The notes below the pieces were generated by a model that worked only from the letters and a program-made list of their open reading frames with translations, was not told where the DNA came from and did no database searches. Shown in pieces: positions 9,113-19,328 of a stretch of DNA of 64,000 bases. The first letter of the stretch is position 1. The number at the start of each line of letters is the position of its first letter. Source of the DNA: an uncultured Lachnospiraceae bacterium (GTDB taxonomy: Bacteria; Bacillota; Clostridia; Lachnospirales; Lachnospiraceae); assembly GCA_900549995.1 (NCBI GenBank), contig URQQ01000021.1, forward strand, positions 1,005-65,004, in the 5' to 3' direction. Made by a program: the position numbers and the translations under genes.

Positions 9113-10138
9113 TTATTTAAGTTTTTCTGAAGATTGATCTGCAGCCTCTCCCCAGAACTTTTCGATCTCTTTTTCCTGAAGCCCCTCCACAAACCGTTTC
9201 TTCAAAGCAAGGAAATCTTCCAGTTCATACAATATCCTGTACAGCAGCGCCCTGTTCTCAAATTCCTCCCGGTTTGACGGCAGCGGTTCCTCCTTCATAC
9301 CTTCCCGGATGATTTCCAGATCCTTAGACAGTGACTCTACATTGTTATACTCGTGAAATCCTCTGCTTATCTTTCCAAAAAATTCAGAAATGACATACGT
9401 CTGGGACGGGATGCGATCCAGCAGACAGATGTTCTCATAAATCTTTTTCAATACTTCCGTCTGTTCTGTCCGCATCTCCATATATTTCATAAAATACTTT
9501 GTATCTGTGATCAGCGAATTATCCCTTTCGTCAGCCGCCTTTGAAATCCCCTCCTTCAGCTTCTGCTCCAGGGCAGAAAAACATTTGCCATCATAGTTTT
9601 CTTTTGATGCCTGTAGAAGCACTTCCGACATTCTTCCCAGAATGTCTCTCATCATCTCTTCAATTCTCCTCTGATTTCTCCGGATTTCTTTCTCATTGCC
9701 CGGAATATACAGATTCATCAGCATCCCGATCCCTGCGCCGATCACCAGAAGCAGTACCTCATTGCGTATCCAGTACAGATTCATGGACTGTTCTGCGTAA
9801 AAATGTGTAATCAGCACGCTGTCCATGGCTATCGCATCCTGAAATGAAAAAAGATTGCAGACCGCGGCAAACAGGCACAAAAAGATGCCGATGGCCCAAA
9901 TCTGATATCCGAATATCGAAAAGCATACAAATGCAATGAGCATTGCTATTGCAAATGCACAGCTTCTTTTTAATATGATAAATACGGTCTCCCGCTTTGT
10001 ATTCTGAATACTTAACACCGTGATAATCCCTGCAGATGACGCATACGAAAGACCTGCGAGTGTCGCGATCAGCATTGCCGCAGCAGCGCCCAAGCCTATT
10101 TTTGCCGCTTTCAGCACATTTATTTTCTGTCTTATCAT
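9113..10138 (-). CDS. aromatic acid exporter (ArAE/FUSC-like) family membrane protein
   Basis: 341 aa. N-terminal half has 5-6 TM segments ('AAKIGLGAAAAMLIATLAGL...') and the C-terminal half is a soluble helical domain, the layout of Firmicute ArAE_1/YgaE-like proteins. Confidence 0.65.
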   Translation of the reverse strand: MIRQKINVLKAAKIGLGAAAAMLIATLAGLSYASSAGIITVLSIQNTKRETVFIILKRSCAFAIAMLIAFVCFSIFGYQIWAIGIFLCLFAAVCNLFSFQDAIAMDSVLITHFYAEQSMNLYWIRNEVLLLVIGAGIGMLMNLYIPGNEKEIRRNQRRIEEMMRDILGRMSEVLLQASKENYDGKCFSALEQKLKEGISKAADERDNSLITDTKYFMKYMEMRTEQTEVLKKIYENICLLDRIPSQTYVISEFFGKISRGFHEYNNVESLSKDLEIIREGMKEEPLPSNREEFENRALLYRILYELEDFLALKKRFVEGLQEKEIEKFWGEAADQSSEKLK

Positions 10139-10165
10139 ACACTCACCTTTCTTTCAATGCCAATA

Positions 10166-10936
10166 TCACTGACGCTTCCGGGACTTTTCCTCCGCCAGAA
10201 GTGATGCTCCCAGCGCACCTGCAAACCTTCCGAAACTTGTCGGTTCTACTTTCTTCCCGATCTTTGCCGAGAGAGATTCTGTAAAATAAGTACTGTAGCT
10301 TAAGCCTCCTGTCAGAATCACCCGGTCCGGCAGATTCTTCCTCTGACTTAACTGCGCAACTTTAGACGCAACAGAATCGATGACTCCAGCCGCGATATCT
10401 TCCCGGCTTCTGCCTTCGCCGATATAACTGATCACCTCTGATTCTGCAAATACCGTACATAATGAACTGATCGGAAGCACTGTACCTGTCGATGCCATCT
10501 GGAACAGTTCTTCAATTGTAACCCCCAGACGGTTCGCCATGATCTCAATAAATTTTCCGGTTCCCGCCGAACATTTGTCATTCATGAGAAAATCATTTAC
10601 GACACTATTCTGTACAATAATTACTTTTGTATCCTGCCCGCCGACATCAATGATTGCACAGTCTGTCCCGGCAATCTCCCTGCCGCCTCTTGCGTGGCAT
10701 GTAATTTCTGTAATCGTATAATCAGCAAAATCAACTGCCACACGTCCATATCCTGTCGCCACCGATTTTGTATTGTCCGAAAGGACATCCACACCCTGCT
10801 TCAGAAGCCTGCTTTTAATTTCATTGGTTGTCTCCTTGCTGCTCCATCCTGTCGGCAGAACGAAGTGGGTGTCTGCATCACCTTTTACAACAACTTTAGA
10901 TGCAGTTGATCCTATATCAATTCCTACGTAATTCAT
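10166..10936 (-). CDS. BcrAD/BadFG-family ATPase, HgdC-like activator (archerase) of 2-hydroxyacyl-CoA-dehydratase-type enzymes
   Basis: 256 aa. Actin-fold 'VGIDIGSTASKVV' and cluster-ligand contexts 'NDKCSAGTGKF' and 'SLCTVFAESEV', typical of HgdC-type activators. Confidence 0.85.
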   Translation of the reverse strand: MNYVGIDIGSTASKVVVKGDADTHFVLPTGWSSKETTNEIKSRLLKQGVDVLSDNTKSVATGYGRVAVDFADYTITEITCHARGGREIAGTDCAIIDVGGQDTKVIIVQNSVVNDFLMNDKCSAGTGKFIEIMANRLGVTIEELFQMASTGTVLPISSLCTVFAESEVISYIGEGRSREDIAAGVIDSVASKVAQLSQRKNLPDRVILTGGLSYSTYFTESLSAKIGKKVEPTSFGRFAGALGASLLAEEKSRKRQ

Positions 10937-10945
10937 GGTTTCTCC

Positions 10946-11206
10946 TTAACAATACTGATCCCTGTTCGGGTTCATATCTTTTTTGATTTCATCTATACTG
11001 ATAATCTCTATCTGGTGCTCTCTGATGCATTTCTCCACGACTGCCCGGTCTTCTTTCTGAATCAGAAGAGAAATTCCGCAGCATTTACTCAAAGTTCTGG
11101 GGGTAGGGGCAATCACTGCCCGAACCCCCAGCTTTTTCAGTTCCCGGTGAAGACGCATCCCATTATCATGATTGGGGAAGAGCACATAAACCTGTGTCTC
11201 CTGCAT
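10946..11206 (-). CDS. DUF3343 (putative S/Se-carrier-like) small protein
   Basis: Start at ATG 11206 (MQETQVYVLF...) behind GGAG. 'APTPRTLSKCCGISL' matches the family hallmark (P-x-P-R-x-[IL]-S-x-x-C-G). Confidence 0.7.
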   Translation of the reverse strand: MQETQVYVLFPNHDNGMRLHRELKKLGVRAVIAPTPRTLSKCCGISLLIQKEDRAVVEKCIREHQIEIISIDEIKKDMNPNRDQYC

Positions 11207-11219
11207 ATTTCTCCATCCT

Positions 11220-12494
11220 TTATTCATTCAGCATTTCAATAAATGCACTGATTCTTGTCCGAAGCTGTGCCGCATCACTGTCCACATAATCCGTTTCAAT
11301 TCCAAGAACAGGAATCCCCGCTTCTTTCAGTGCCTTCTCCACATGATATCCTTCTGTGTCATAGAGATTGCAGAACTTCAGGTTTACATCGATAATCCCA
11401 TCCACCTTGTACTCTTTTGCCAGACGGATGATATCGTCTATTCTTCCGGTATTTGGTGTAAAACATGCACAATTGATATTCATATAGCGCTCAGCAAGGG
11501 CCTGAATCTGGTCATCCACCGTTTCCCCTGTCTCATCCACGAGATTCTCAAAATATCTTGTTCCTGTGCACATTTCCTCACAGACAACCGCACCACCGCA
11601 TGTCTCGACAAGATTATGTAATTTCCAGTTCGGGATTGCAAGCGGCGTTCCCGTCAGCATAATCCGTTTTGTTCCTTCTGAAAATACACTCACGCCCTCT
11701 GCCGCTCTCTGTTCCAGTTCCTCACAGAGCTTGTTCGTCATCTCTGTAAAACGCTTCGGGTCATCATAAAACGCAATCTGGGAAATGAGCAGAACATCTC
11801 TTCCGCTGATTGGGAGCTTTTCATTCTTCCTGCAGTCATACAGACGTGCAAGCGCCCTGCGCTTGTCATTGATCAGCTTAATACTTTCTTTTAATGCTCC
11901 GTCTGTCACTTTATTCCCTGTAAATTCTTCTACAACTGTTTTAAAATCACTGATCTCCTCTGCCCAGGCTTTCACATCTTTTGCACGCTTCATCTGCGGG
12001 AGATTCATCACATGTACCGGTACATCCTCTGAAAGGATTTCCCAGGCCTTCTTCTTGCCATCACAGGTTGTTTCCCCGACATACATATCTGCAATGCGGA
12101 AAAATGGACAGGTGCGGTCAAGTCTGGCTCCAACAGATGCCTTAATGAGCGGACACGTGTTTGCAGGAAGCACTTTCTCTCCGCCCGGAACCCAGAACTG
12201 CGATCCGCCGCAAAGTCCCGTCGCAATCGCTCCTGCGGCAAATACAACTTCATCCGGAACATAGACGCAGAATGTTCCAAACACTTTGCCTCCATTTTTC
12301 TGATGTTCGATCAGCTCCGCCGGACGTACTCCATGGATTTCCGCCACTACGAAATTATAATAATCCATCCCTTCCGGACGGTTTTCCTGTGATAAGTAGA
12401 CATCCCCAAACGCCTGCGGCAGCACCTCGCACAGCTGGTCATGAGTCTCTACATCCATCCCCAGATCTTCCCACATCTTATGATAATCTGCCAT
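11220..12494 (-). CDS. single-subunit 2-hydroxyacyl-CoA dehydratase (HgdB/HAD) family protein, double-cubane-cluster-type anaerobic reductase candidate
   Basis: 424 aa. Conserved Cys contexts FCVYVP, GLCGG, NTCPLIK, ETTCDGKKK, EEMCTG, NCACFTP. No second dehydratase subunit, but an activator ATPase lies downstream. Confidence 0.75.
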   Translation of the reverse strand: MADYHKMWEDLGMDVETHDQLCEVLPQAFGDVYLSQENRPEGMDYYNFVVAEIHGVRPAELIEHQKNGGKVFGTFCVYVPDEVVFAAGAIATGLCGGSQFWVPGGEKVLPANTCPLIKASVGARLDRTCPFFRIADMYVGETTCDGKKKAWEILSEDVPVHVMNLPQMKRAKDVKAWAEEISDFKTVVEEFTGNKVTDGALKESIKLINDKRRALARLYDCRKNEKLPISGRDVLLISQIAFYDDPKRFTEMTNKLCEELEQRAAEGVSVFSEGTKRIMLTGTPLAIPNWKLHNLVETCGGAVVCEEMCTGTRYFENLVDETGETVDDQIQALAERYMNINCACFTPNTGRIDDIIRLAKEYKVDGIIDVNLKFCNLYDTEGYHVEKALKEAGIPVLGIETDYVDSDAAQLRTRISAFIEMLNE

Positions 12495-12624
12495 ATCTTT
12501 TCTCCTCCTTTGTCTGTGTGACTGATATAAATTACCGTAACACTTCCACCGGAAGACTTCAACCAGACGGCAGGCTTTGCCCTATTGATTTTTCTGATAT
12601 ATTTCCTTTATTTATAGATATTTT

Positions 12625-13779
12625 CTATCTCGAAATCACATCAAGTGCTCTGATACAACCGTCTATTTCTGCTTTCGTGTTCCACTCTCCGAACGCAAAC
12701 CGAATCGTTCCCTCCGGATATGTCCCAAGTGACCGGTGGGCCATCGGCGCACAATGCAGTCCGACTCTCGTCATAATCCCATACTCCTGTTCCAGCGTAA
12801 ATGCAGCCACCGCATTGTCTTTCCCCGGCAAGTCCACAGAAACTACAGCGGTACGGTTTTTAATTCCGGGTTCCCCGATTACTTTTACGCCGTCAAGCGC
12901 TTCCAGTCCCCTGAGAAAATACCCGGTAAGTTCCATTTTTCTCTGGCGGCAATTCTCAATCCCGGTCTCTTTCAGGTAAGTAAGCGCCGCGTGAAGCCCC
13001 ACAATCCCCGGAAGGTTCATGGTGCCGCTCTCGTATTTATCCGGAAGAAATTCCGGCTGGCTAAGCGAATCTGACTGGCTCCCGGTTCCGCCTGCAAGCA
13101 ATGGTATCATTTCCCGATCCAGTCTGTCACTGATCAGAAAACCGCCGATCCCCTGCGGCCCTAAAAGTCCTTTGTGTCCCGTAAATCCCAGGAAATCAAT
13201 ACTGCATTTTTCCATATCCACATCCATAGTACCTGCACTCTGCGCCGTATCCACTGCAAAATAAATCCCATGCTGCCTGCATACTTTCCCTACTGCTTCG
13301 ACCGGCATTACCGTCCCGCACACATTGGAGGCATGAAGCATGACAACTGCTCTTGTCTCCGGCCTGATCAGTTTCTCCACGTCCCGGGGATCGAGATTGC
13401 CGCAGTCATCCACCGGTGCCATATCATATGTAATTCCCATTGTCTCCATCTGGCAGAGCGGACGCATCACTGCATTGTGTTCCATCCCGGTTGTAATGAC
13501 GTGATCTCCTGGTCTGAGAAATCCCTTCAGAAACTGATTCATGGAACAGGTGATTCCAGAGTTAAATACCACCTGTCTGGAATCCCGCGCATGAAAAAGT
13601 TCTGCCAGAAGCTCTCTCGTCTGAAGCACCTGATCCGCGACCTCATATGCCCCTTCATAATTTCCCCTGTTAATGTTAAAAGCACCATGAGCCAGCAGAT
13701 GGCTTACTGCCTCTGCCACCCCCGGTGCCTTTGGAAATGATGTGCTTCCGTGATCAAAATATATTTTCTCCATAATCAA
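12625..13779 (-). CDS. class V aminotransferase-fold cysteine (or selenocysteine) desulfurase
   Basis: 384 aa. PLP lysine context 'FTGHKGLLGPQG', catalytic Cys 'GLHCAP', N-terminal 'IYFDHGSTSFPK'. The start overlaps the truA stop by 20-26 nt. Confidence 0.85.
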   Translation of the reverse strand: MIMEKIYFDHGSTSFPKAPGVAEAVSHLLAHGAFNINRGNYEGAYEVADQVLQTRELLAELFHARDSRQVVFNSGITCSMNQFLKGFLRPGDHVITTGMEHNAVMRPLCQMETMGITYDMAPVDDCGNLDPRDVEKLIRPETRAVVMLHASNVCGTVMPVEAVGKVCRQHGIYFAVDTAQSAGTMDVDMEKCSIDFLGFTGHKGLLGPQGIGGFLISDRLDREMIPLLAGGTGSQSDSLSQPEFLPDKYESGTMNLPGIVGLHAALTYLKETGIENCRQRKMELTGYFLRGLEALDGVKVIGEPGIKNRTAVVSVDLPGKDNAVAAFTLEQEYGIMTRVGLHCAPMAHRSLGTYPEGTIRFAFGEWNTKAEIDGCIRALDVISR

Positions 13780-14512
13780 TCCCCACTAAAATCAAACCAT
13801 GGGCCGGAGCCGTTACCCCTGCCGCCCTGCGGTCTTTTGCATCCAGTATCTCTTTTACTTTCGACGAAGGATAATATCCCCTTCCGACCCGGATCAGTGT
13901 CCCTGCAATAATCCGCACCATATTATACAAAAATCCGGTTCCGCTGATCCGGATCGTAAGTTCCCTGTCCGGTCCGTTCCCTTCCAGGATCTCCAGACCA
14001 GTCACAGTCCGCACCGTATCTTCCACATCTGTCCTCACATTACAGAAACTCACAAAATCATGTGTCCCCACAAGATAAGAAGCTGCCTCTCTCATATCTT
14101 CCACGCTCAAAGGAAATGAGACAAAATAATTGGTAAGCCTCTTCGTCGGAATGACCGTCCTCGCATTGATAATGTGATATTCATATGTCTTGGTACAGTC
14201 ACAATATCTGGGATGAAAGTCTGCCGGCACTTCTTCTGAATTCACAATGACAATGTCTTCCGGCATCGTCCGGTTCAGGGCATATGCAAGCCTCTCCGGC
14301 GGAATCGTCGTGCCAGTATCAAAAACTGCCACATTTCCCAGTGCGTGAACCCCCGAATCTGTCCGGCTTGCCCCAATGACCGTGATCTCTTCTCCCAGAA
14401 GTTTCGAAAGTTTCCTGTTGATTACTTCTTCAACCGTGATGCCATTCGGCTGAATCTGCCAACCACAGTAATTCGTACCATCGTAGGCGATGGTCAGTTT
14501 GATCCTCTTCAT
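13754..14512 (-). CDS. truA: tRNA pseudouridine(38-40) synthase
   Basis: 252 aa. Catalytic 'ASRTDSGVHA' motif. Conserved position after ecfT. Confidence 0.92.
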   Translation of the reverse strand: MKRIKLTIAYDGTNYCGWQIQPNGITVEEVINRKLSKLLGEEITVIGASRTDSGVHALGNVAVFDTGTTIPPERLAYALNRTMPEDIVIVNSEEVPADFHPRYCDCTKTYEYHIINARTVIPTKRLTNYFVSFPLSVEDMREAASYLVGTHDFVSFCNVRTDVEDTVRTVTGLEILEGNGPDRELTIRISGTGFLYNMVRIIAGTLIRVGRGYYPSSKVKEILDAKDRRAAGVTAPAHGLILVGIDYGENIF

Positions 14513-14530
14513 GCTGTGCCTCCTGCTGCG

Positions 14531-15355
14531 TTAAAAAATCCAGAGATGGAAAGGTACATATCTTCCGACCACAAACGCGATGACTACATAGGCGAATGTA
14601 ATGGCATAAGCCGCCCGGTCCCTTGACTGGTATATCAGCGGTTTCATTTTCGTACGTCCGTCTCCTCCCCTGTAACATCTGGACTCCATCGCCATCGCAA
14701 GGTCATTGGCTCTTCGGAATGCCGATACGAACAGCGGTACGAGAATCGGCACCATGCTTTTGGCACGTGCTAAAATATTGCCGCTTTCCAGATCTGCACC
14801 TCTGGCAATCTGAGCCTTCATAATCTTATCCGTCTCCTCCAGAAGAATCGGGATAAACCGAAGCGCGATTGACATCATCATCGCAATCTCATGAACCGGC
14901 ACTTTCAGCCTGTTCAATGGATACAGAAGCCGCTCAATTCCGTCTGTAAGTGCATTCGGAGTTGTTGTAAGCGTCATCAGAGAAGAACCCACAATCAGAT
15001 AGATCAGCCTGACAGCCATATAAACCGCTGTCCGAAGACCATTCTCCGTAATTTTAAATACCCATACATGGACAAGAGTCCTTCCCCCGTCCGTTAAAAA
15101 CAGATTGAAAATGACCGTAATCATCAGCAGCATGATGACGGCTTTTAATCCCTTCACCATGAATTTAAACGGCACTTTTGACAGTTTGATCACCATCACA
15201 AGAAACACTGTTGCTGTCAGATATCCAAGAACGCTCTTAAACAAAAATAAAGAAATCAGGTACAAAAGTGTACAAGAGATCTTGACCCTTGGGTCCAGTC
15301 TGTGCAGTATGCTGTCCGCCGGATAATATTGTCCGATTGTAATATCTCTAATCAT
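14531..15355 (-). CDS. ecfT: ECF transporter transmembrane (T) component
   Basis: 274 aa membrane protein with the two Ala-Arg-Gly-type coupling motifs ('SIALRF', 'AQIARGADL'). Follows two ECF ATPases. Confidence 0.9.
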   Translation of the reverse strand: MIRDITIGQYYPADSILHRLDPRVKISCTLLYLISLFLFKSVLGYLTATVFLVMVIKLSKVPFKFMVKGLKAVIMLLMITVIFNLFLTDGGRTLVHVWVFKITENGLRTAVYMAVRLIYLIVGSSLMTLTTTPNALTDGIERLLYPLNRLKVPVHEIAMMMSIALRFIPILLEETDKIMKAQIARGADLESGNILARAKSMVPILVPLFVSAFRRANDLAMAMESRCYRGGDGRTKMKPLIYQSRDRAAYAITFAYVVIAFVVGRYVPFHLWIF

Positions 15356-16196
15356 GTAATCTCCTCATTATCTCATCTGCTGCTTCATCTACCGTTGTCG
15401 CTGATGTTGAGACATCCATCCCCCGTTCTTTCAGCGCATTCATAATATACGTAACCTGCGGTGCCGCAAGCCCAACCGCTTCCAGTTCTTTATAATGTGC
15501 AAATACCTTCTTGGGCACATCATCAAACATAATACTTCCTTTGTTCATCACGATAATGCGGTCTACATACTTCGCAATATCCTCCATGCTGTGCGACACA
15601 AGAATGACTGTCATATCGCTTTCCCTGTGCAGGTACGCAATCTGATCGAGTATCTCGTCTCTTCCCTGCGGGTCCAGCCCTGCTGTCGGTTCATCCAGCA
15701 CCAGTACCTTCGGCTTCATCGCCAGGACACCCGCAATTGCGACTCTCCTTTTCTGTCCTCCGGATAAATCAAACGGCGACTGATCGTAGAGCTCCTCCGG
15801 GACTCCCACCATCTGAAGCGCCTCTCTGGCACACAAGACTGCCTCCTGCTCAGAAAGTCCCTGGTTCTTCGGCCCAAAGCATACGTCTTTCAGCACATCC
15901 ACTTCGAACAGCTGGTGCTCCGGATACTGGAACACAAGCCCCACCTGGCTTCTCAGCTTTTTCATATCATAGCCATCCTGATAGATATTCTCTCCCTCAT
16001 AGTACAGACTGCCGCTTGTCGCTTTCATCAATCCGTTCAGATGCTGGATCATCGTAGATTTTCCAGATCCTGTATGGCCGATCACACCGACAAACTGTCC
16101 CTGGGGAATCTCAGCGCAGATATCTTTCAACGCCTGTTTCTCATATGCGGTTTTAGGACTGTATATATAATTAATATGATCTAATTTAATTGACAT
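15348..16196 (-). CDS. ecfA2: ECF transporter ATPase component A2
   Basis: Walker A 'GHTGSGKST', signature '[12 protein letters not shown]', Walker B '[11 protein letters not shown]'. Confidence 0.9.
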   Translation of the reverse strand: MSIKLDHINYIYSPKTAYEKQALKDICAEIPQGQFVGVIGHTGSGKSTMIQHLNGLMKATSGSLYYEGENIYQDGYDMKKLRSQVGLVFQYPEHQLFEVDVLKDVCFGPKNQGLSEQEAVLCAREALQMVGVPEELYDQSPFDLSGGQKRRVAIAGVLAMKPKVLVLDEPTAGLDPQGRDEILDQIAYLHRESDMTVILVSHSMEDIAKYVDRIIVMNKGSIMFDDVPKKVFAHYKELEAVGLAAPQVTYIMNALKERGMDVSTSATTVDEAADEIMRRLHD

Positions 16197-17032
16197 AACG
16201 CATCCACCAATTCCTCTGTTCTCAAAATGCCATCCGGGATCTTAAGACCCCGTTTTTTCAGTTCATAGGCCAGCATTGTCACCTGAGGCACATCCAGCCG
16301 GTACGATTTCAGCTTCTCCACCTGGCTGAAAATCTCCCCTGGAGTTCCCTGCATCACCACGTGCCCTTTATCCATGACAATCACGTGGTCGGCATCAATG
16401 ACCTCATCCATATAGTGGGTAATCAGTATGACCGTCACATTTTCTTTCTTCCGAAGTTCCTGAACTGTTCTCAAAACTTCCTTGCGGCCATTGGGATCTA
16501 ACATCGCTGTCGGCTCATCCAGAACAATACATTTGGGACGCATTGCCACAACTCCTGCAATCGCCACTCTCTGCTTCTGGCCTCCGGACAGTTTATTCGG
16601 GGAAGAATAACGATAGTCAATCATCCCTACTGCCTTCAGGCTTTCTTCCACCCTTGTCCATATCTCCGGGGTCGGCACACCAAGGTTCTCCGGTCCAAAT
16701 CCCACATCTTCTTCCACAACGGTGCCAATGATCTGATTATCGGGATTCTGAAATACCATACCTGCAGACTGCCTTACATTCCATAATTCCTCCGGATCCT
16801 TCGTATCTTTGCCGTTCACCCACATCGTTCCCTCGCTTGGAACTAAAATCGCATTCATATGTTTTGCAAGTGTTGACTTCCCTGAACCGTTATGCCCAAG
16901 GATGGCTACAAATTCCCCAGGCTGTATCTCAATACTTACTTCATCTATTGCACGGTGTTTGCCGATGACGTTTCCTTCCTCATCCCGCTTTTCATATTCG
17001 AATACCAGTTTATCGGTACGAACCATCTTCAT
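16181..17032 (-). CDS. ecfA1: ECF transporter ATPase component A1
   Basis: Walker A 'GHNGSGKST', '[12 protein letters not shown]', '[11 protein letters not shown]'. The start is probably ATG 17032 (MKMVRTDKL...) rather than the track start at 17071. Confidence 0.9.
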   Translation of the reverse strand: MKMVRTDKLVFEYEKRDEEGNVIGKHRAIDEVSIEIQPGEFVAILGHNGSGKSTLAKHMNAILVPSEGTMWVNGKDTKDPEELWNVRQSAGMVFQNPDNQIIGTVVEEDVGFGPENLGVPTPEIWTRVEESLKAVGMIDYRYSSPNKLSGGQKQRVAIAGVVAMRPKCIVLDEPTAMLDPNGRKEVLRTVQELRKKENVTVILITHYMDEVIDADHVIVMDKGHVVMQGTPGEIFSQVEKLKSYRLDVPQVTMLAYELKKRGLKIPDGILRTEELVDALCQLN

Positions 17033-17081
17033 CTCTCTGCCCTGCTTTCTTTTACAATCTATTTCACACACACCTTATCAC

Positions 17082-18041
17082 TTATGTCGAAGAATGACAA
17101 GACTGTGAAGAAACATCTTTGCAGTCTTTTTGCTTTGACTGCACCTGATTTACCATGATAATTCCGGCACAGACACAGAACAGCGCAATCAGATTCTTCC
17201 ATTTAAAAATCTGCTCTCCCAGAAAAACTGCTGATAACGCAGATCCGAAGATTGGAATGGAAAAACCAAAAATCGCAACCTTCCCTACCGGATTATATTT
17301 CAGAAGTGAAGTCCACAGACTGAACGCCACCGCAGACAGCATTGCCATATAAAATAAAAGAGCGGAAGACTTCCATGTAAATCCACTGATCCTTCCTCCT
17401 GCCGCCGCTCCAAAGAGAATCAGTACCGCACCTCCAAAGAGCAGCTGATACGCCGTAATTTCCATCGGCGTTCCTTTCTCAGAAATCAATTTCATCAAGA
17501 CAGAGCAGGTACCGTACACAAGAGTACAGAGAATCATCATCCCCTCTCCGGCCATGGAAAAACTGCTTCCCCATGCTCCCGGTGACAGATTGATAATGAT
17601 AACACCTGCAATTCCGAGCAGACATCCTGCTCCTTTTTTCATTGTCATCTTCTCATCTTTAAAAACAAAATGTGCAATGACAATCGTCACAAATGCATTG
17701 CAGGCATTGATCACAGATCCTTTGACTCCTGTCGTATGGGCAAGCGCTATATAAAAACACAGATACTGTATAGTCGTCTGAAGAAACCCGATACCAAAGA
17801 TATACGGAACCGAAGCCCTTCGCATCCTGAGAATTCGTTTCTCAATTACACTTCCCATAAGAAATGTCAGTATCCCCGCGAGAAAAAAACGGCAGCCAGC
17901 AAATAAAAGCTGGCTCCCGGTATCCTTGATGGAAAATAACTCGTAACCGATTTTCACACAGGGGAACGCACTGCCCCATAATGCACAGCAGACAAGTGCC
18001 AATGTGCACAATACTGCCGGTTTCTTTAATATTTTCCCCAT
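17082..18041 (-). CDS. DMT-superfamily (EamA-like) transporter
   Basis: 319 aa with ten hydrophobic segments and a two-EamA-repeat layout. Confidence 0.75.
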   Translation of the reverse strand: MGKILKKPAVLCTLALVCCALWGSAFPCVKIGYELFSIKDTGSQLLFAGCRFFLAGILTFLMGSVIEKRILRMRRASVPYIFGIGFLQTTIQYLCFYIALAHTTGVKGSVINACNAFVTIVIAHFVFKDEKMTMKKGAGCLLGIAGVIIINLSPGAWGSSFSMAGEGMMILCTLVYGTCSVLMKLISEKGTPMEITAYQLLFGGAVLILFGAAAGGRISGFTWKSSALLFYMAMLSAVAFSLWTSLLKYNPVGKVAIFGFSIPIFGSALSAVFLGEQIFKWKNLIALFCVCAGIIMVNQVQSKQKDCKDVSSQSCHSST

Positions 18042-18045
18042 AATT

Positions 18046-18564
18046 CTACGCCTGTTCTGGTTCTTCGTATTCTACACCAAATGTCTCAACTGTTACTTTC
18101 TTCATTTTCTGTTCGGAAAGAGGTCTGTCATTGTAGTCTGTCGCTGTATCTGCAATCTTATTCACAATGTCCATGCCTTCCGTCACCTTGCCAAATGCCG
18201 CATAAGATCCGTCCAGATGAGGGGAGAATTTATGCATGATAAAGAACTGGGATCCTGCTGAGTCCGGGTGCATTGCGCGCGCCATAGACAGAACGCCCTC
18301 TTCGTGGCGGAGATGATTCTCAAAACCATTCTGTGAGAATTCACCCTTGATATTGTAGCCAGGTCCGCCCATTCCTGTTCCGTCCGGGCATCCCCCCTGA
18401 ATCATAAAGCCATTGATTACACGGTGAAAGATCAAACCATCATAGTACCCTTTCTTCACAAGAGAGATAAAATTATTCACTGTATTCGGAGCAACCTCCG
18501 GATATAATTCTGCTTTAATCACATCACCATTTTCCATTTCAAATGTTACAACTGGATTTGCCAT
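18046..18564 (-). CDS. cyclophilin-type peptidyl-prolyl cis-trans isomerase
   Basis: 172 aa. 'FHRVINGFMIQGGCP' and 'LSMARA...PDSAGSQFFI' cyclophilin motifs. Confidence 0.92.
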   Translation of the reverse strand: MANPVVTFEMENGDVIKAELYPEVAPNTVNNFISLVKKGYYDGLIFHRVINGFMIQGGCPDGTGMGGPGYNIKGEFSQNGFENHLRHEEGVLSMARAMHPDSAGSQFFIMHKFSPHLDGSYAAFGKVTEGMDIVNKIADTATDYNDRPLSEQKMKKVTVETFGVEYEEPEQA

Positions 18565-18696
18565 ACTCTGAATCTCCTTTTCTTTTACGCAAAGCAGGTC
18601 AAAAATTCACTGCTCTATTTTTATATCACTTCTACTATTGTATCGGATTCCTGACACTTCGTAAAGACGGAAAATAAAAATTATCATCCTGTTATA

Positions 18697-19308
18697 TTAT
18701 AAGGAATGGATATTGTACTGGATCATCCCACCCTTTTGTTCAAATCCGGTATGCCACATTTCCCGCAGTGAGAATGTCAGATTCTCACCGTAAGTAGCAG
18801 TCGTAACAATAATATCGTCCTCCAGATCTTCATATCCTGTCAGCAGAAACCAATGCCATACAAAATCTTTCAGCTTTTCCGACTTATGCTTCAGCATCAG
18901 ATACGGAACCGGATAGCCTTTGTCGATCTGATCCCTGACAAACTGCTTTGCACTGTCAAAACTTTGATCTCCTCCAAATGGATACATCTCTATCTCCCGG
19001 CTCCCATGACTGGATTTTAGATAAGAGGCAAAGCCATCAATATAGAGTTCCAGCCTGCTGACCCCTCCGACTCTCGGCCTCAGAAACGGTTTCATCTTCA
19101 TTGCAAATGCTTCATAATCTTTCTGATTTAAGTGATTCACATCAAACGGATAAACGCCGTCTATCATTCCATTCTTCTGAAAATAAATGCAGCTGTCACA
19201 GGCTGTCGCCGCGGCACAGCCACCCATGTGCATCACAAGATTATGGAACCAGTCCTGATTTCCTCCATAGGAATCACCAATATAAAAATACGGCAGATGT
19301 TTTGTCAT
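18697..19308 (-). CDS. hypothetical protein, possible papain-fold (C39/BtrH-like) enzyme
   Basis: 203 aa with no signal peptide. The candidate Cys/His pair ('HMGGCAAATACDS' ... 'VWHWFLLTGYE') resembles papain-like peptidase/acyltransferase folds. The assignment is tentative. Confidence 0.45.
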   Translation of the reverse strand: MTKHLPYFYIGDSYGGNQDWFHNLVMHMGGCAAATACDSCIYFQKNGMIDGVYPFDVNHLNQKDYEAFAMKMKPFLRPRVGGVSRLELYIDGFASYLKSSHGSREIEMYPFGGDQSFDSAKQFVRDQIDKGYPVPYLMLKHKSEKLKDFVWHWFLLTGYEDLEDDIIVTTATYGENLTFSLREMWHTGFEQKGGMIQYNIHSL

Positions 19309-19328
19309 CGTATCTCTCTCCCATCTTT

